A stretch of DNA of 64,000 nucleotides from Chloroflexota bacterium (GTDB lineage: Bacteria > Chloroflexota > Chloroflexia > QHBQ01 > JADMIH01): assembly GCA_039932335.1 (NCBI GenBank), contig JBDTQH010000030.1, forward strand, positions 1,593 through 65,592, in the 5' to 3' direction. The notes beneath the pieces were generated by a model. The model ran no database searches. It worked only from the letters and a program-made list of their open reading frames with translations, and was not told where the DNA came from. Of the stretch, positions 62,650-64,000 are shown in pieces (position 1 is the first letter of the stretch; the number at the start of each line of letters is the position of its first letter). Position numbers and translations under genes: made by a program.

Positions 62650-63852
62650 ATGCCCTTCTACCATAAACTAGGCAGTATACCTCACAAACGGCACACTCAG
62701 CACCGCCGCCCCGATGGCGAGCTTTATACTGAGGAGCTTTTCGGCACAGAAGGTTTCAGCGGCAACGCATCGTTGCTATATCACCACCATCCCCCTGTGC
62801 GCGTGGTTGATATAAAGGCGTGTGAGGCTCCCCCGCTCGAAGATTGGAACCTCCCCGTCCAGCGCCACATACACACCCGCACAAAGGCCGCCGAGCCTGT
62901 GGGCGACCCCATCTCAGGCCGCCGCGTGCTGATGTACAACAGCGACTGCCGCCTCGGTATCGTTCTTCCCGCCGAGCCGATGAACTACCACTACAAGAAC
63001 GGGCAGGCCGACGAGCTCTATTTTATACATGAGGGAACCGGGCGCTTCGAGACTATGTTCGGCACTCTCCCCTACCGCGAAGGCGACTATGTGCTCTTGC
63101 CCCACGGCACAACCTATCGCATCGTGATGGACGAGGGCAAGCCGCAACGCTGGCTCACCGTCGAAGGCAAGAACATACAACCGCCTCAACGCTACCGCAA
63201 TGAGTTCGGGCAACTGCTGGAGCATTCCCCCTACTGCGAGCGTGACATTCGTGTGCCGGAAGAACTGCTCACAATCACAGGTGACGAGGCTGGCAAAGGT
63301 CCGTTCGAGGTGCTCGTGCGCGCAAACGACCTGCTCACCGCCTATTACTACGACCACCACCCTCTCGATGTGGTAGGCTGGGATGGCTATCACTACCCCT
63401 ACATCTTCAACATCGAGGATTTCGAGCCGATCACAGGCCGCATTCACCAGCCGCCTCCCGTCCACCAGACATTTGAGGCGCACAACTTCGTGGTCTGCTC
63501 GTTTGTGCCGCGCAAGTACGACTATCATCCGCTGGGCATACCCGCCCCCTATAACCACTCGAACATCGACAGCGAAGAAGTGCTCTACTATGTCAACGGC
63601 AACTTCATGAGCCGTCGTGGCATAGATGTCGCCTCCTTCACGCTGCACCCCCACGGCATCCCACACGGCCCGCACCCAGGCGCGGCAGAGGCCTCCATCG
63701 GTAAAGACGCGACTGAAGAGCTTGCCGTTATGGTCGACACATTCCGCCCGCTGAAGCTTACAAGGTGGGCCGAGCAATATGACGACCCATCCTATCCGAC
63801 AAGCTGGCTGGATGCTAAGAAGCCCGATGTAATGCCGACCGACACCGACTAG
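62650..63852 (+). CDS. hmgA: homogentisate 1,2-dioxygenase
   Basis: 400 aa, AGGAGG RBS. LYTEELFGTEGFSGNASLLYH and the C-terminal HGPHPG region. Confidence 0.9.
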   Translation: MPFYHKLGSIPHKRHTQHRRPDGELYTEELFGTEGFSGNASLLYHHHPPVRVVDIKACEAPPLEDWNLPVQRHIHTRTKAAEPVGDPISGRRVLMYNSDCRLGIVLPAEPMNYHYKNGQADELYFIHEGTGRFETMFGTLPYREGDYVLLPHGTTYRIVMDEGKPQRWLTVEGKNIQPPQRYRNEFGQLLEHSPYCERDIRVPEELLTITGDEAGKGPFEVLVRANDLLTAYYYDHHPLDVVGWDGYHYPYIFNIEDFEPITGRIHQPPPVHQTFEAHNFVVCSFVPRKYDYHPLGIPAPYNHSNIDSEEVLYYVNGNFMSRRGIDVASFTLHPHGIPHGPHPGAAEASIGKDATEELAVMVDTFRPLKLTRWAEQYDDPSYPTSWLDAKKPDVMPTDTD

Positions 63853-63963
63853 GCCTGTGTAATCCGCAACGTGGACCTGGCGTCCGGTGGCACTTCTCTT
63901 GCAGTCCTTATGTTTGGTAAGCACGGTGAATCGCCACCGCGCACACTAAAGGAGTGAACAGCC

Positions 63964-64000
63964 ATGAGTGAACGAGGACTCGTACTGGCATTGCAGAGAT
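63964..64000 (+). CDS. 5' end of an unidentified gene (truncated by the window edge)
   Basis: ATG at 63964 with AAGGAG 9 nt upstream. Only 12 codons are visible. Confidence 0.3.
   Translation, partial: MSERGLVLALQR

Noticed and set aside
1-64000. A search for tRNA, rRNA, transposase/IS, integrase or prophage genes, and for classical defence systems.
   Set aside because: By eye I found no T-loop/acceptor signatures (GGTTCGAATCC-type), no rRNA-like segments, and no ORF with DDE, tyrosine or serine recombinase motifs or phage structural motifs. Absence by eye is not proof, so tRNAscan, Infernal and ISfinder runs would be needed.

Overview
This is a 64-kb chromosomal segment from a moderately high-GC bacterium. 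I cannot assign a taxon from sequence alone. The gene content (T-box leader, PrsW, RodZ, large GT-C membrane proteins) would fit a Chloroflexota-like or Terrabacteria lineage. I call about 60 protein genes, mostly housekeeping: ppk2, a multi-PAS histidine kinase, two adjacent DNA methyltransferases, rmlD plus a GT2, greA and lysS. A serine operon (SerA-phosphoserine phosphatase fusion plus a class-V aminotransferase) sits behind a T-box leader. Further genes are a pyrC-like amidohydrolase, rpoD, rodZ, yajQ, rimO and a 5-gene phospholipid head-group operon. dnaN lies next to a ~950-bp gene-free DnaA-box region that is a candidate oriC. The rest includes an ABC exporter, an OmpR/HK pair, an NDP-sugar/PMM fusion, fabZ, accA/accD, and a tyrosine-catabolism cluster (hppD, FAH, hmgA) interrupted by a toxin-antitoxin pair. 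I saw no rRNA, tRNA, CRISPR array, transposase or phage genes. The most unusual content is non-coding. (i) Thirteen loci are built almost entirely from tandem 7-nt units kept in one continuous register. The units are arranged as nested inverted modules, and one locus is inserted in frame in a membrane protein. (ii) A G-rich mosaic repeat family at four loci combines perfect 22-bp palindromes with four-run G-quadruplex motifs. All calls come from reading the sequence and ORF translations by eye. No database search was run.
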